Shown piece after piece: positions 28,106 through 38,639 of a stretch of DNA of 64,000 nt. Within the stretch, counting starts at the first letter, position 1. Each line of letters begins with the position of its first letter. Under the pieces are notes generated by a model. It did no database searches. It was not told the origin of the DNA and was given only the letters and a program-made list of their open reading frames with translations. The translations under genes and the position numbers were made by a program. Source of the DNA: an uncultured Oscillospiraceae bacterium (GTDB lineage Bacteria; Bacillota; Clostridia; Oscillospirales; Ruminococcaceae); NCBI GenBank assembly GCA_910577565.1, contig CAJTNJ010000003.1, forward strand, positions 25,090 to 89,089, given 5' to 3'.

Positions 28106-30625
28106 ATGAAACTATTAGCTATAGACGCAAACAGTATATTAAACAGGGCATATTATGGCATAAAAGGGCTTACGAACTCAAAAGGGCTTCCAACCAATGC
28201 GATTTTTGGATTTTATAACATAATTAATAATCTAATCAACAACAATTCTCCCGATTGTATTGTTGCCGCATTTGACCTAAAAGCTCCGACATTTAGACAC
28301 AAACAGTATGATCAATATAAAGCAAACAGGCACGGTATGCCAGATACTTTGGCAGTTCAATTCCCGTTTGCAAAAAAGATGCTTAATTTATTTGGCATAT
28401 ATATTTTAGGACAAGAAGGCTTTGAAGCTGATGATATAATAGGTTCTCTTGCAAATATTTGTGATCAACAAAACTGCAAATGCATAATTGCAACGGGTGA
28501 CCGCGACAGTTTGCAGCTTGTTGGGGATAATGTCACCGTTCAACTTGCAACAAACAAAAAAACTATCATCTATGATGAAGAAAAAATTATAAAAGAATAT
28601 GGCGTTAAACCTAAGGAGCTTTTGGATGTAAAAGCTCTTATGGGTGATGCCTCCGACAACATACCAGGCGTAAAAGGTATAGGTGAAAAAACTGCTTTAA
28701 TGCTCATCTCAAAATATCATAACATAGATAATATATTTAACAATATAAAAGAACTCACTATACCGGTTAGATTAAAAAAGCTTTTGACTGAAAATGATGC
28801 AAAAAATATGGCATATCTTAGCAAGTCTCTGGGCAAAATTGCAATAGATGCGCCAATAGAAAAAGATCTTTCAATATACAAGCGTGGTGAAATTAAATAT
28901 GACCAGTTTGTTGAACTGTTAAAAGAACTTGAGTTTAAAAAAATACTTAGAAAATTTGAAGATACCTATGGCGAGAAAAGTCAGATAAAAAAACAAAATG
29001 CCTTACAAACCATACTAAATCCATCAATAGATGATGTCAAAAAATCCATAAAGGATATGGAATATATTGATTTCTATCTCAATGGAAGTTTATATATCTT
29101 TGGAAAAAGTGATGTTTTTGAGTTCAAAAATGATATAAACACAGCTTTTTCTGAAATTATTTCAAAAAGCAAAAGTTTAAAGCGCACAACCAATTTAAAA
29201 GAGGTTTATCACTATTGTTTTGAAAACAACCTAGAGCTCGATAATGTTGTTTTTTCTTGCGACATAGCGTCTTATCTAATTGATATTCTCGAAAAAGACC
29301 ACAGCGCGCCTGTTTTAGCCAAAAGATATCTTAACAGTGAAAATATTTTAAAGTGCTTTTCAGATTTGTGCTCAAAGCTTGAAAATCTTCTTGAGGAAAA
29401 AGGTTTTGTGGATCTTTTCAAAAATATCGAACTTTCACTTGCTAAAGTGCTTGCAAATATGGAAGTTATCGGCTTTGCTGTAGACCGCGATGCTCTTGAT
29501 TCGTTCGGCAACATTTTATCTTGCGAGATAACTGCCATTCAATCGGAAATATATGAGCTGGCAGGGGAAGAGTTTAACATAAGATCGGTCAAAGAGCTCG
29601 GAAGAATTTTGTTTGAAAAGCTCGAACTACCAACAGGACGTAAAACCAAAAATGGATATTCAACCAATGCAGAGGTCCTTAGAAAACTCATAAAATATCA
29701 CCCAATAGCAGAGAAAATATTGGAATATCGCACTTTGACTAAACTTATGTCAACCTATGTCATAGGACTTATAAAGGTAATTAGAAATGACGGGCGAGTT
29801 CATACCTTTTTTAAACAAACTCAAACGAGAACAGGCAGAATAAGTTCAACCGATCCCAACATGCAAAATATCCCCATTCGCACTGAATTGGGAAGTAAAA
29901 TGCGCAAATTTTTTATTGCAAAACCCGGCTATGTTCTAATTGATGCTGACTATTCTCAAATAGAACTAAGAATTCTTGCACACCTATCTCAGGACGAAAA
30001 AATGGTTGAAGCATTTAAAAACAATCAAGATATTCATAATTTAACCGCATCTGAGGTATTTGGACTTGATCCATCTAATATTCCCTCTGAACTCCGCCGC
30101 AGAGCTAAGACTATAAACTTTGCTATAATTTACGGCATTAGCGCATTTTCTCTTTCAAAAGATATTAATGTGTCAATAACCCAAGCCGAAAAGTACATTG
30201 ATGCTTACTTTGAAGGATATTCAGGGGTTTGCCGCTATATGGATGATATAATAAACGAAGCTGACAAAACTGGCGAAGTAAAAACCATGTTCGGCAGAGT
30301 TCGTCCTGTTCCGGAACTAAAATCAACCAAATATAGCATGAGATCTTTGGGCGAAAGGATTGCAAGAAACACTCCTATCCAAGGAACTGCCGCTGATATT
30401 ATAAAAATAGCTATGATAAAAGTAAATGACCGTTTCTTAAAAGAAGGTCTTGATGCAAAGCTTATACTTCAAGTTCACGATGAACTGTTGGTTGAAGCAA
30501 GTGAGTCAGATTATAACAAAGCTGCCCTCGTTCTGAAAGAGGAAATGGAAAATGCAGTATCTATATCTGTTCCATTAGTCGCTGACGTTTTTGTAGGCAA
30601 AACATGGTTTGATGCTAAAAATTAA
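28106..30625 (+). CDS. polA: DNA polymerase I
   Basis: 839 aa. N-terminal 5'-3' exonuclease domain, then polymerase motif A DYSQIELR, motif B RRRAKTINFAIIYG and motif C QVHDE. Confidence 0.95.
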   Translation: MKLLAIDANSILNRAYYGIKGLTNSKGLPTNAIFGFYNIINNLINNNSPDCIVAAFDLKAPTFRHKQYDQYKANRHGMPDTLAVQFPFAKKMLNLFGIYILGQEGFEADDIIGSLANICDQQNCKCIIATGDRDSLQLVGDNVTVQLATNKKTIIYDEEKIIKEYGVKPKELLDVKALMGDASDNIPGVKGIGEKTALMLISKYHNIDNIFNNIKELTIPVRLKKLLTENDAKNMAYLSKSLGKIAIDAPIEKDLSIYKRGEIKYDQFVELLKELEFKKILRKFEDTYGEKSQIKKQNALQTILNPSIDDVKKSIKDMEYIDFYLNGSLYIFGKSDVFEFKNDINTAFSEIISKSKSLKRTTNLKEVYHYCFENNLELDNVVFSCDIASYLIDILEKDHSAPVLAKRYLNSENILKCFSDLCSKLENLLEEKGFVDLFKNIELSLAKVLANMEVIGFAVDRDALDSFGNILSCEITAIQSEIYELAGEEFNIRSVKELGRILFEKLELPTGRKTKNGYSTNAEVLRKLIKYHPIAEKILEYRTLTKLMSTYVIGLIKVIRNDGRVHTFFKQTQTRTGRISSTDPNMQNIPIRTELGSKMRKFFIAKPGYVLIDADYSQIELRILAHLSQDEKMVEAFKNNQDIHNLTASEVFGLDPSNIPSELRRRAKTINFAIIYGISAFSLSKDINVSITQAEKYIDAYFEGYSGVCRYMDDIINEADKTGEVKTMFGRVRPVPELKSTKYSMRSLGERIARNTPIQGTAADIIKIAMIKVNDRFLKEGLDAKLILQVHDELLVEASESDYNKAALVLKEEMENAVSISVPLVADVFVGKTWFDAKN

Positions 30626-30663
30626 TTTTTGGCAATAAAACAAAACTAAATATTATTTTTAAA

Positions 30664-30695
30664 CCTTACAAATTTTAATTTTGTAGGATCTTTTT
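30664..30695 (+). terminator. Rho-independent terminator after polA
   Basis: ccttacaaa pairs with tttgtagg (one mismatch) and is followed by atcttttt. Confidence 0.5.
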
Positions 30696-30782
30696 AGAAT
30701 TAAATAAAAAAGGGAACTTACTGAAGCAAATATATGCACGCTGCCACAGCTTTGCCAAAAAAACAATTAAACCAATATTTGG

Positions 30783-31091
30783 GGTTTCGTCGTCGCAATT
30801 AAAGTTAGTTCTTCCTCAGTAGGTGATATTGAGGTCTATGAAACTTACCAGAAAAAGAATGTAAAGTAACGTCATATTTTTATATCCAGTGATAGACATA
30901 TTGTCAGTTTGTAAGATAGTGAATAGATACTTTATTAATAATATGTTTTTTAGCATACAAAATCAAAAATTTACGATATAGAATAATTTGTGTTATCTTG
31001 TTCATAGTGAATAGGAACCTGCCTTTCATCCTTATTAACAACTCTAAACAACTCAACCTTAACACAGATTGCTCCTATTTGCTATTTTTCT
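30783..31091 (-). mobile_element. IS481-like element relic (5' end only)
   Basis: The terminal ~150 nt (30940-31091) align with 36340-36478. The minus-strand translation MNKITQIILYRKFLILYAKKH...QYVYHWI.KYDVTLHSF parallels the N-terminus of the 36179-36403 ORF, but with stops. Confidence 0.7.
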
Positions 31092-31130
31092 CCTTTTATT
31101 AATACTTAAATTTAAAATTCTAAAAAAGTA

Positions 31131-31161
31131 TTGACTTTGACATAATGTCATAGTTTATTAT
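31131..31161 (+). promoter_or_regulatory. MerR-type promoter with a 19-bp spacer and palindromic operator
   Basis: TTGACT (31131-31136) - 19 nt - TATTAT (31156-31161). The spacer contains the perfect palindrome TGACATAATGTCA (31138-31150). Confidence 0.6.
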
Positions 31162-31267
31162 ATAAATAGAACTAAAAGTCTTTGATCAAAAATTTAAGCT
31201 GGCAGGTTTTTGCCTTAGTTTAGTTAGTTCTAAATAAAAAGCTATCAAAAGCGAGGTGAAAATATTT

Positions 31268-31996
31268 ATGAAAACAGTAAAACAAGTTTCAAATTTAACA
31301 AGGCTTAGTGTCCGTATGCTTCATCACTATGATAAAATAGGCTTATTTAAGCCAAGAGAGCTTTCTCAATCTGGTTATAGATTGTATATTGATGATGATT
31401 TAAAAAACTTATAGCAAATTTTATTCTTTAAAGAATTAGATTTCCCGTTGAAAGAAATAAAATCTATAATAAAAAGCCCATCTTTTGATATAAAAAGAGC
31501 TTTAATAAATCACAAAGATTTATCAATTTTGAAACGTAATCGGTTAAACAAATTAATCAAACTTGTGGATAAAACACTAAAAGGAGAAATTGAAATGAGT
31601 TTTGAAGAATTTGATATTTCCAAAATCGAAAAAATGCAGAAAAATATGCTCAAGAAGCTAAAGAATTGTATTCAATCACAGATGAATATAAAGAATATAC
31701 GATAAAAGCAGAAAAGTACAGCAAAAAAACTGGGAACAAATAGGTAAAGAAATCAATAAAATTTTTAAAAAATTTGCCAATATAATGAATAAAGGCACAA
31801 ACTCACAAGAAGCTCAAAATCTTGTAAAACAATGGCAAGATTTTATAACTAAAAATTTCTATAAATGTACTATAATACCTTAATAAAATTATCAAAAATA
31901 TACGTCCAATGCGAACGCTTTACTAAAAATATTGATAAATACGAAAAAGGTTTATCTGAGTTTATAAATAAAGCAATTGAAATTTATTGTAAATGA
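31268..31996 (+). pseudogene. MerR-family regulator with TipAS-like C-terminal domain, disrupted
   Basis: The N-terminal HTH is MKTVKQVSNLTRLSVRMLHHYDKIGLFKP. An in-frame TAG follows ...DDDLKNL. The rest (FFKELDFPLKEIKSII..., then KYAQEAKELY..TDEYKEY..., NLVKQWQDFITKNFY..., ending KAIEIYCK*) can only be read across several frameshifts. Confidence 0.8.
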
Positions 31997-32000
31997 CAAA

Positions 32001-32035
32001 AAACACCATCAAGTAATATCTTGGTGGTGTTTTTA
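32001..32035 (+). terminator. Rho-independent terminator after the MerR pseudogene
   Basis: acaccatcaag (32003-32013) pairs with cttggtggtgt (32020-32030) and is followed by tttt. Confidence 0.65.
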
Positions 32036-32722
32036 ACTATAGATTGCAACCGTGATATTTAATTGTTAATATTGTTCTCTCAATTTTTTGTTGGATAAGA
32101 TATTAATTAGCCAAGGGCTATATTTCTAATACCATTCAATCACTTTGCTATATCACATGTATCAATTTTATCTTAGCGAATCATTAAATTAAAACCCTTA
32201 AATAATTTTGTTTTGGCTAAATTTATTATATCCTACATTAACATCTGCCTTTTTTCCTTCTTTAAATTTACTCCTCTATTTGTGACAACAACAAAAATAT
32301 TTAAAATTTGACAAAATAATAATATGTTGATAGAATTAGAAGGATTGTGTACTGTTTTATAATTAAATTAAAAAATTAAAAAATATGAAAGAAAAATAAT
32401 ATAAAGAATCAAGTACGTCTATAGTTACAATATTTTCAAATTAAGTTATAGTTTTTGTTTTAATATGCTTGCTACTTATTATTGTTTGAATAAAATGAAA
32501 ACGAACTAAAGTATCTATTTTTAAGCTTTATCTTGAATTTAGTGGCAATTTGTATATCGCTAGCAGCAGTTTAGTTTTTGTATTTTTAATTTCAGGTTTT
32601 GATTTTATATTATGAATATCAAAACTATTTGAGTGGAAAATTAAACTTGATTATTATTTTTTGATCTCACTGTCTTAACTATATTTAATATTAAAAGCAA
32701 AAATGAAAGGTTTTGTGTTTAA

Positions 32723-33886
32723 GTGGTAAAAGGTGCAAGAAATAGGAATTTGAGAAGAAGAAGGAAAAGATTAAGAAGAACGATTGCATTTAGTGTTGTT
32801 ATAATTATCGCAACGGCACTTTTGTTTGGGACATGCTATGTTATATCTGTATTATCCAAATTTCAACATGAAGACATTGATGCAAATTCTATAGGTATTG
32901 ATAAAGAAAAATTTGTCGACAGCGGCACAGGTATTACCAACATTGCACTCTTTGGGGTGGATAATGATGGAACGTCAGATTCTATTATGCTATTAAGCGT
33001 TGATAAGGACAGAAACAAAATAAAATTAATCTCTATATTAAGAGACAGCTTAGTTAAAGTTGATCCGAAAAACAAAACGCCATATTATACCAAATTAAAC
33101 GAAGCCTATAATAGCGGCGGCGCAGAAACTTCTTTAAGGGCAATAAACAAAAACTATAATTTAAACGTAACCGAGTATGCATCAATTAAATTTGACGGCA
33201 TGAGCAAAATTATAGATAAAGTCGGCGGCATAGATATCAATATCACAAAAGATGAGCAAAATTGGATAAATGGACTAATTGCAAGCACTAAAGAATTAAA
33301 GACTCTAAGTGCTGGCGTCGAAGATTTTGGAAATGTGCATTTAAATGGTGCGCAGGCTGTTGCTTATTCTAGGATAAGAAAAGTTTCCAACCAAGATGGT
33401 CAAAGCAACGACTATGGAAGGACGGACAGACAAAGAGCTGTTATGGAACAACTTCTTCACAAAGCATTATCATTAAAGCGCTCTGATTATCCGGCTTTTA
33501 TTGAGTCTGTGGTTCCTTATATGAAAACTTCTTTAAGCATAGGTCAGATTATAGATCTTGCAGGCATATTAACAAGACCGGGTCTAGTCATGGAACAAAC
33601 AAGAGTTCCAATGACTGAGTATACTATAAATGCAGATTATGATTATTATCTCAATGACACAAAAAAATCCACAGTATATTATAATCTCACCTATGCAGGC
33701 GATATAATTAATGCATTTATATACGAAGACATAACTCCTCAAGACTATATGATCGATCATCCACCGATTTTAACTGGTGGCCCTTTAGATAATAAAAACA
33801 ATAGTTCGTCTAAAGAACAGTCTTCAAATAATACTGAGGCATTTTCAAATTCAAAAAATTCTTCATCATCTTCAAAAAAGAATTAA
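32723..33886 (+). CDS. LytR-CpsA-Psr (LCP) family cell-envelope phosphotransferase
   Basis: GTG start, basic cytoplasmic tail (RRRRKRLRR), one TM helix, an LCP core (NIALFGVD...SDSIMLLSVD...ISILRDS) and a Ser/Asn-rich C-terminal tail. Confidence 0.85.
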   Translation: MVKGARNRNLRRRRKRLRRTIAFSVVIIIATALLFGTCYVISVLSKFQHEDIDANSIGIDKEKFVDSGTGITNIALFGVDNDGTSDSIMLLSVDKDRNKIKLISILRDSLVKVDPKNKTPYYTKLNEAYNSGGAETSLRAINKNYNLNVTEYASIKFDGMSKIIDKVGGIDINITKDEQNWINGLIASTKELKTLSAGVEDFGNVHLNGAQAVAYSRIRKVSNQDGQSNDYGRTDRQRAVMEQLLHKALSLKRSDYPAFIESVVPYMKTSLSIGQIIDLAGILTRPGLVMEQTRVPMTEYTINADYDYYLNDTKKSTVYYNLTYAGDIINAFIYEDITPQDYMIDHPPILTGGPLDNKNNSSSKEQSSNNTEAFSNSKNSSSSSKKN

Positions 33887-34402
33887 TTAATATTTTAAAA
33901 TAATATGGTTTTCATTTACAAATTGCAAAAAATTATAGTTATGCAATCTAAATTTCAGCATAGAATAAAAGATATAAATATGAATTTTACTCTTTGGGCA
34001 TTTTTAATGCATTAGATTTTTGCAATATTCATAGCATTTTTTGTGTTTTTATTTTTTTGTTCCTTATCATTAATTTTGACATTCCCTATAAACTTTAGTT
34101 TAATAAAATTACAAAAGAAAGAATTTAAATTACAAAAAACCACAGCCAAATGCTATTTGATTTGTGCTATTTCAATTTTATAATTTGAGCCAAGTTAGCA
34201 AATTGTTACCCAAAAATCGAAAAGTTTTTTATTGCTTTAGTTTTTTTGATATGTAAAATCAACATGATTAAATTCTGATACCAACAGTTATGTCATACTA
34301 AAAATTATGTTTTTATATTTAATTATAAACATTTTGTACTTTTCAAGGTTAATATAAATGGAGACAAACAATTTACAGAGTTAAAATTTTAAAGGTGAAA
34401 TT

Positions 34403-35530
34403 ATGTATTATTTTGATAACGCAGCAACTACAAAGGTGTTAAAAGAAGCAGCAGACGAAGCGAGAGATTGTATGCTTAATTTGTACGGCAACCCTTCTTC
34501 TCTTCACAAGCTGGGACTAGAAGCAGAAAACAAGATGACAGCTTCAAGAAAAACAATTGCTAATGTTTTCGGATGCAAAGAAAAAGAAATAATATTTACT
34601 TCTGGCGCTACTGAAAGCACCAATATAGCGCTATTTGGTGCCGCAAATAAAGGAAAAAGAAAAGGCAATAAAATAATAACAACCGAAATAGAACATGCAT
34701 CTGTTAAGCATTGCATAGATGAACTTGAAAATATGGGATTTTGCATAGTACGTGTGAAATCAAGAGATGGCCGTTATTATGCAGATGATATAATAGATGC
34801 CGTAGATGAAAACACTATACTTGTGAGTGTTATGCATGTTAATAACGAAAACGGCTTAATACTTCCGGTTGAAAAAATAGCGACAGGTGTTAAAAATAAA
34901 AATAATAACGTTATAGTTCATGTAGATGGTGTGCAGTCTTTTTGCAAACTGCCAATCGATCTTTCAAAATCGAAAATAGATTTAATGTCAGTGTCCGGGC
35001 ACAAGATAAATGCACCAAAAGGAATAGGCGCTCTTTACATTAGAGAAGGGGTAAAAATACCACCCCATAGTTTCGGAGGGGATCATGAACACGGCATTAG
35101 ACCTGGAACAGAAGCTTTACCATTAATAGCGGCTTTTGCAGCGGCAGCCAAGATAAATATGACCAATATACAAAAATCAATTAATCACTACAAAAATTTA
35201 AAATCACATATTCTAAGCAGAATAAAAGACAATGACGAAATAAAATTAAATTCAAAAGAAAATTCTGTGCCTTATATAGTTAACATATCTATTGAAGGGA
35301 TTGGCTCAGAAATAATGCTGCACTTTTTGGAAAGCAAAGAATTTTGCGTATCATCCGGGTCTGCTTGTTCAAAATCCAAAAAAAGTGGAGTTTTACCACA
35401 TATGGGCTATTCAAGAGAACGTGAACTAACAGCTATTAGAATAAGTTTTTCAATGGAAAATTCAAAAGAACAGCTAGATATGTTAATCGATGCTATATTG
35501 CAAGGGCAAAAAAATATAATGAAAAAATAA
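34403..35530 (+). CDS. nifS: Cysteine desulfurase (class V aminotransferase, NifS/IscS-like)
   Basis: 375 aa. The PLP lysine is in SVSGHKINAPKGIG and the catalytic Cys loop is SSGSACS. Confidence 0.85.
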   Translation: MYYFDNAATTKVLKEAADEARDCMLNLYGNPSSLHKLGLEAENKMTASRKTIANVFGCKEKEIIFTSGATESTNIALFGAANKGKRKGNKIITTEIEHASVKHCIDELENMGFCIVRVKSRDGRYYADDIIDAVDENTILVSVMHVNNENGLILPVEKIATGVKNKNNNVIVHVDGVQSFCKLPIDLSKSKIDLMSVSGHKINAPKGIGALYIREGVKIPPHSFGGDHEHGIRPGTEALPLIAAFAAAAKINMTNIQKSINHYKNLKSHILSRIKDNDEIKLNSKENSVPYIVNISIEGIGSEIMLHFLESKEFCVSSGSACSKSKKSGVLPHMGYSRERELTAIRISFSMENSKEQLDMLIDAILQGQKNIMKK

Positions 35531-35689
35531 ATGCTAAAAAGGACAAACTGCCAAAATTTCGTATTAACTAAAAACAGTAAATTTAAAATTGATTCATGTG
35601 GTATATTATAGATATAAACAGTATGTATAACTCAGAAAAAATAAGAAAGTTAACCATAAAAATATATATTTAGTTAGCAAGTGGTTATG

Positions 35690-36478
35690 TTATAGGTAAA
35701 ATCTTTGCAAGGGTAACTTCAAATAAGGTTTTTCTATCAGAAATTCGCGAGTTTAAGCGCTTAGTAAATCAGGAGCCATTGTCTGTTTGAACGCACCCAA
35801 TAGCATATGGAAATGCTTTTACTAAATGTTTTAGAAACATTGCATAAGAATAGGTACTATGCTCTTCGAAATCTTCCAGATAACGATATCTGCTGTATTC
35901 ATCTATTGCCGTATATTGATAAAATTTCTTGTCTTTTGCTTCACCGATGATACAGACTGATGGAACAAATTTCATGTCTATTTGTACAATCTGGCCAGAA
36001 TATTTCATTTGCTCATAAGGCTTTGGTATATACTTTGGGTTTGGTAGTTTTAAAGTCATTCGACCGCTGCGGATCAAAACACGATAAAGTCCAAAGATAG
36101 AGCGAATATATCCACGCTGTCGCAATTTTATCCATAAGACAATTAGACCAGTATTGGAGTTTCTTTCTTCATCGCATATTACGAATCAATGTAAAGTTCT
36201 TGCTCATTATGTTGATTTGGATGATGATGAGGTTTACAAGATTTGTCAGCAAGAGAATGTAATGAACCATCATATCTTTTTAACCAGCGATAAATATATT
36301 GTGGGTTGGTACGATAGTTAATAGCCGCTTTAGTAACATCATGCTTTTTAGCATACAAAATTAAAGATTGACGGTAAAGCATAGTTTGTGTTATTTTGAT
36401 CATAGTAAATAGGATACCTGTCTTTCATTTTTTATTAACAACTCAAACTTTAACATAGGTTACTTCTATTTGCTATAT
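35690..36478 (-). mobile_element. IS481-like transposase relic (frameshifted, 3'-truncated)
   Basis: An HTH ORF (36179-36403) and an rve/DDE-core ORF (35769-36125; QIDMKFVP, TAIDEYSR, VQTDNGS) lie in different frames. After a stop the text continues FTKRLNSRISDRKTLFEVTLAKI and then is lost. No third catalytic residue region is present. Confidence 0.8.
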
Positions 36479-36582
36479 TTTTTATTTTTGTCACATATCA
36501 TTGTAACACCTCAATATATTATTCATGGTAATATCGCACAAAATGTTGCAAATAGTGGTCAATCGATGTAGAATAAAAATAT

Positions 36583-37175
36583 GAATAAACAAATAAGTCT
36601 GTCATATGTGAACTATGAATTAGTCCAGACAATAACAAAGAAAAAAATATTTTTAACAAAGATTGAGGGAATCATACCTTTTGGAAATTGGAAAACACCT
36701 AATCAGGGCCATACTACTACAAAGGAGAGTGCAGCAACAAGCCATAAGAGTTGGATCTGATGTTGCATCTGCATATTCTGCAAAATCTTTATGACTTATT
36801 GGATGAAGCAATGGCTACCGATATGATCGACAGCCGAGCATTTTCTGAATTTTTTGAGATTGAATCCAGTAATCAAGTACCAAACGGAGACACAATAGTA
36901 TGATTTTATAGTATACTTGTAAAATACAGCCTACAGGAAAATGGAAGGCCATCACAAAGAAAGAAAAATTCTGCCTAGTCCCAAGGAGCAGATAAAGTGA
37001 CGAGAGCATGAAAAGCCATCAATATGTGCTAAGGTGGTGCATGTTTTTGCTATTGTTAAAGGGTTGTTTCGATACCAAAAACCCGCTATACAGAGGAATA
37101 GTCAAATAACGTGAAAAACTGAATATAATGTTAATTTTAGCAAATTTGTATCTGGCAAGCACTATTTACCGGCCT
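36583..37175 (+). mobile_element. IS5-family transposase relic (multiple stops, internal deletion)
   Basis: The fragments read FLTKIEGIIP, MLHLHILQNLYDLLDEAMATDMIDSRAFSEFF, VPNGDTI, and a C-terminal VFAIVKG.F.Y.KTRYRGIVKN..KLNIMLILANLY. These are the conserved N- and C-terminal blocks of IS5-type DDE transposases. Confidence 0.7.
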
Positions 37176-37508
37176 GATCAAGTTATCCTCTGATGAATGT
37201 TTAACTGTATTGTATGGTAATTGATAACTTTATCTTTGGATATGAATATTAAATTCGTCCCCATATCCTAATTATATAGTATTGCCTAAAGTATTATATA
37301 GTACCTTTGCATAGAAATTTTAAATACTTTTTTAGATCTATAGATACTGATAAATCTGTATTTAAATATTGGTTTATGCTTTTAATAATTTTGATTTATA
37401 TAAGTTCTTTTACCCTTCACTTAAATCCGTGTTTTTTCTTTTATTTAATCGTCTCTATGGGGCATTCCCATAATAAAGGCTTTCTTTTTATAATTTATAG
37501 TACTTAAC

Positions 37509-37584
37509 TGGAGCTGCTAACCGGATTCGAACCGGTGACCTCATCCTTACCAAGGATGTGCTCTGCCACCTGAGCCATAGCAGC
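37509..37584 (-). tRNA. tRNA-Thr (anticodon GGU)
   Basis: The minus strand reads GCTGCTATGGCTCAGGTGGCAGAGCACATCCTTGGTAAGGATGAGGTCACCGGTTCGAATCCGGTTAGCAGCTCCA. It forms a cloverleaf with the anticodon loop cTTGGTAAg, a GTTCGAATC T-loop and an encoded CCA. Confidence 0.9.
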
Positions 37585-38457
37585 ATACTCTCATAGTATT
37601 TTCAAAATCAAAGTAATGCAACCAAATTCATAACAATGTATCCTAAGTTATAAAGTCTGATATTTGTCAAGCTAAGATGTTATTCTAAAAAATACTTTGC
37701 ACTTTTTATATTTTAATCAACCATCATATTTATATCTATCGTTATTCTCCTAATCAGCAAAGCATCATAGAAAAATTTAATATAAGGAAGAAAACCACAG
37801 CAAAATAGAAAAAGCTATCACTAAAATTAACAACATATTTAACAAAACTAATATGTTCCAATAAAAAAACTCGAAAATCTTTCAAAGCCAACAAACTTGT
37901 CATCTAAATGCAATTGATTTAACTTTTATGTACCAACTTTAACAAATTTTTTCTGAATTATCTTAACAAAATATTGTATTTACAAATTAGCCCAATTTCC
38001 ATATTTAATACTAAAATAAACTCATATTCTATTTATAGTAACAACAGCGGCAGCATATATATATTAACTCTTAAAAAACTATAGCCTCCAACTCTAAAAT
38101 CTAATATACTGCTCTTAACATGAACATTGCAAAATTTATATCACTTAAAAACTAACTAAAACAAAGTTCAAAGTCAACACATAGCACTTACACAAATACG
38201 AAATCTATAATAAAATATCAAATAAGTTGTTATCGAAAAAATCAAATTATAAATTCTATAAACCTATGCAAAACGTTCAACTAAAATACCATTTGAAAAC
38301 TTAAATAAGACAGCGCGAAATAAAAACAATTTAAAAAATCAAATTAAAAGCTTTATAAACCTTCTTACAGACATAATTAAAAATTCATCAAAAGCTGAAC
38401 GTTAAATACAAAAAATTTAATAAAGCTACAAACAAATCAGGAGGTATATCACGCTAG

Positions 38458-38533
38458 TGGCAGGGGCAGAAGGATTTGAACCCTCGGCACGCGGTTTTGG
38501 AGACCGCTGCTCTACCAACTGAGCTATACCCCT
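38458..38533 (-). tRNA. tRNA-Trp (anticodon CCA)
   Basis: The minus strand reads AGGGGTATAGCTCAGTTGGTAGAGCAGCGGTCTCCAAAACCGCGTGCCGAGGGTTCAAATCCTTCTGCCCCTGCCA. The anticodon loop is CTCCAAA, with a GTTCAAATC T-loop and an encoded CCA. Confidence 0.9.
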
Positions 38534-38610
38534 TTATGTCTAAGTACTACAAATTATAAAAATAATACTTTTTAAAAAATTGCAATTGAAAAGTGTAATA
38601 GTATAAAAGT

Positions 38611-38639
38611 ATAATAATATAAATATTTTCTATTGTCAA
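38611..38639 (-). promoter_or_regulatory. Candidate sigma-A promoter for tRNA-Trp
   Basis: On the minus strand, TTGACA (38634-38639) - 17 nt - TATTAT (38611-38616), about 75 nt upstream of the tRNA. Confidence 0.5.

Noticed and set aside
37509-38533. The tRNA genes as integration sites with an adjacent integrase and a repeated tRNA 3' end.
   Set aside because: No integrase-like ORF is adjacent, and I could not find a direct repeat of either tRNA 3' end nearby. The IS relics are explained independently.
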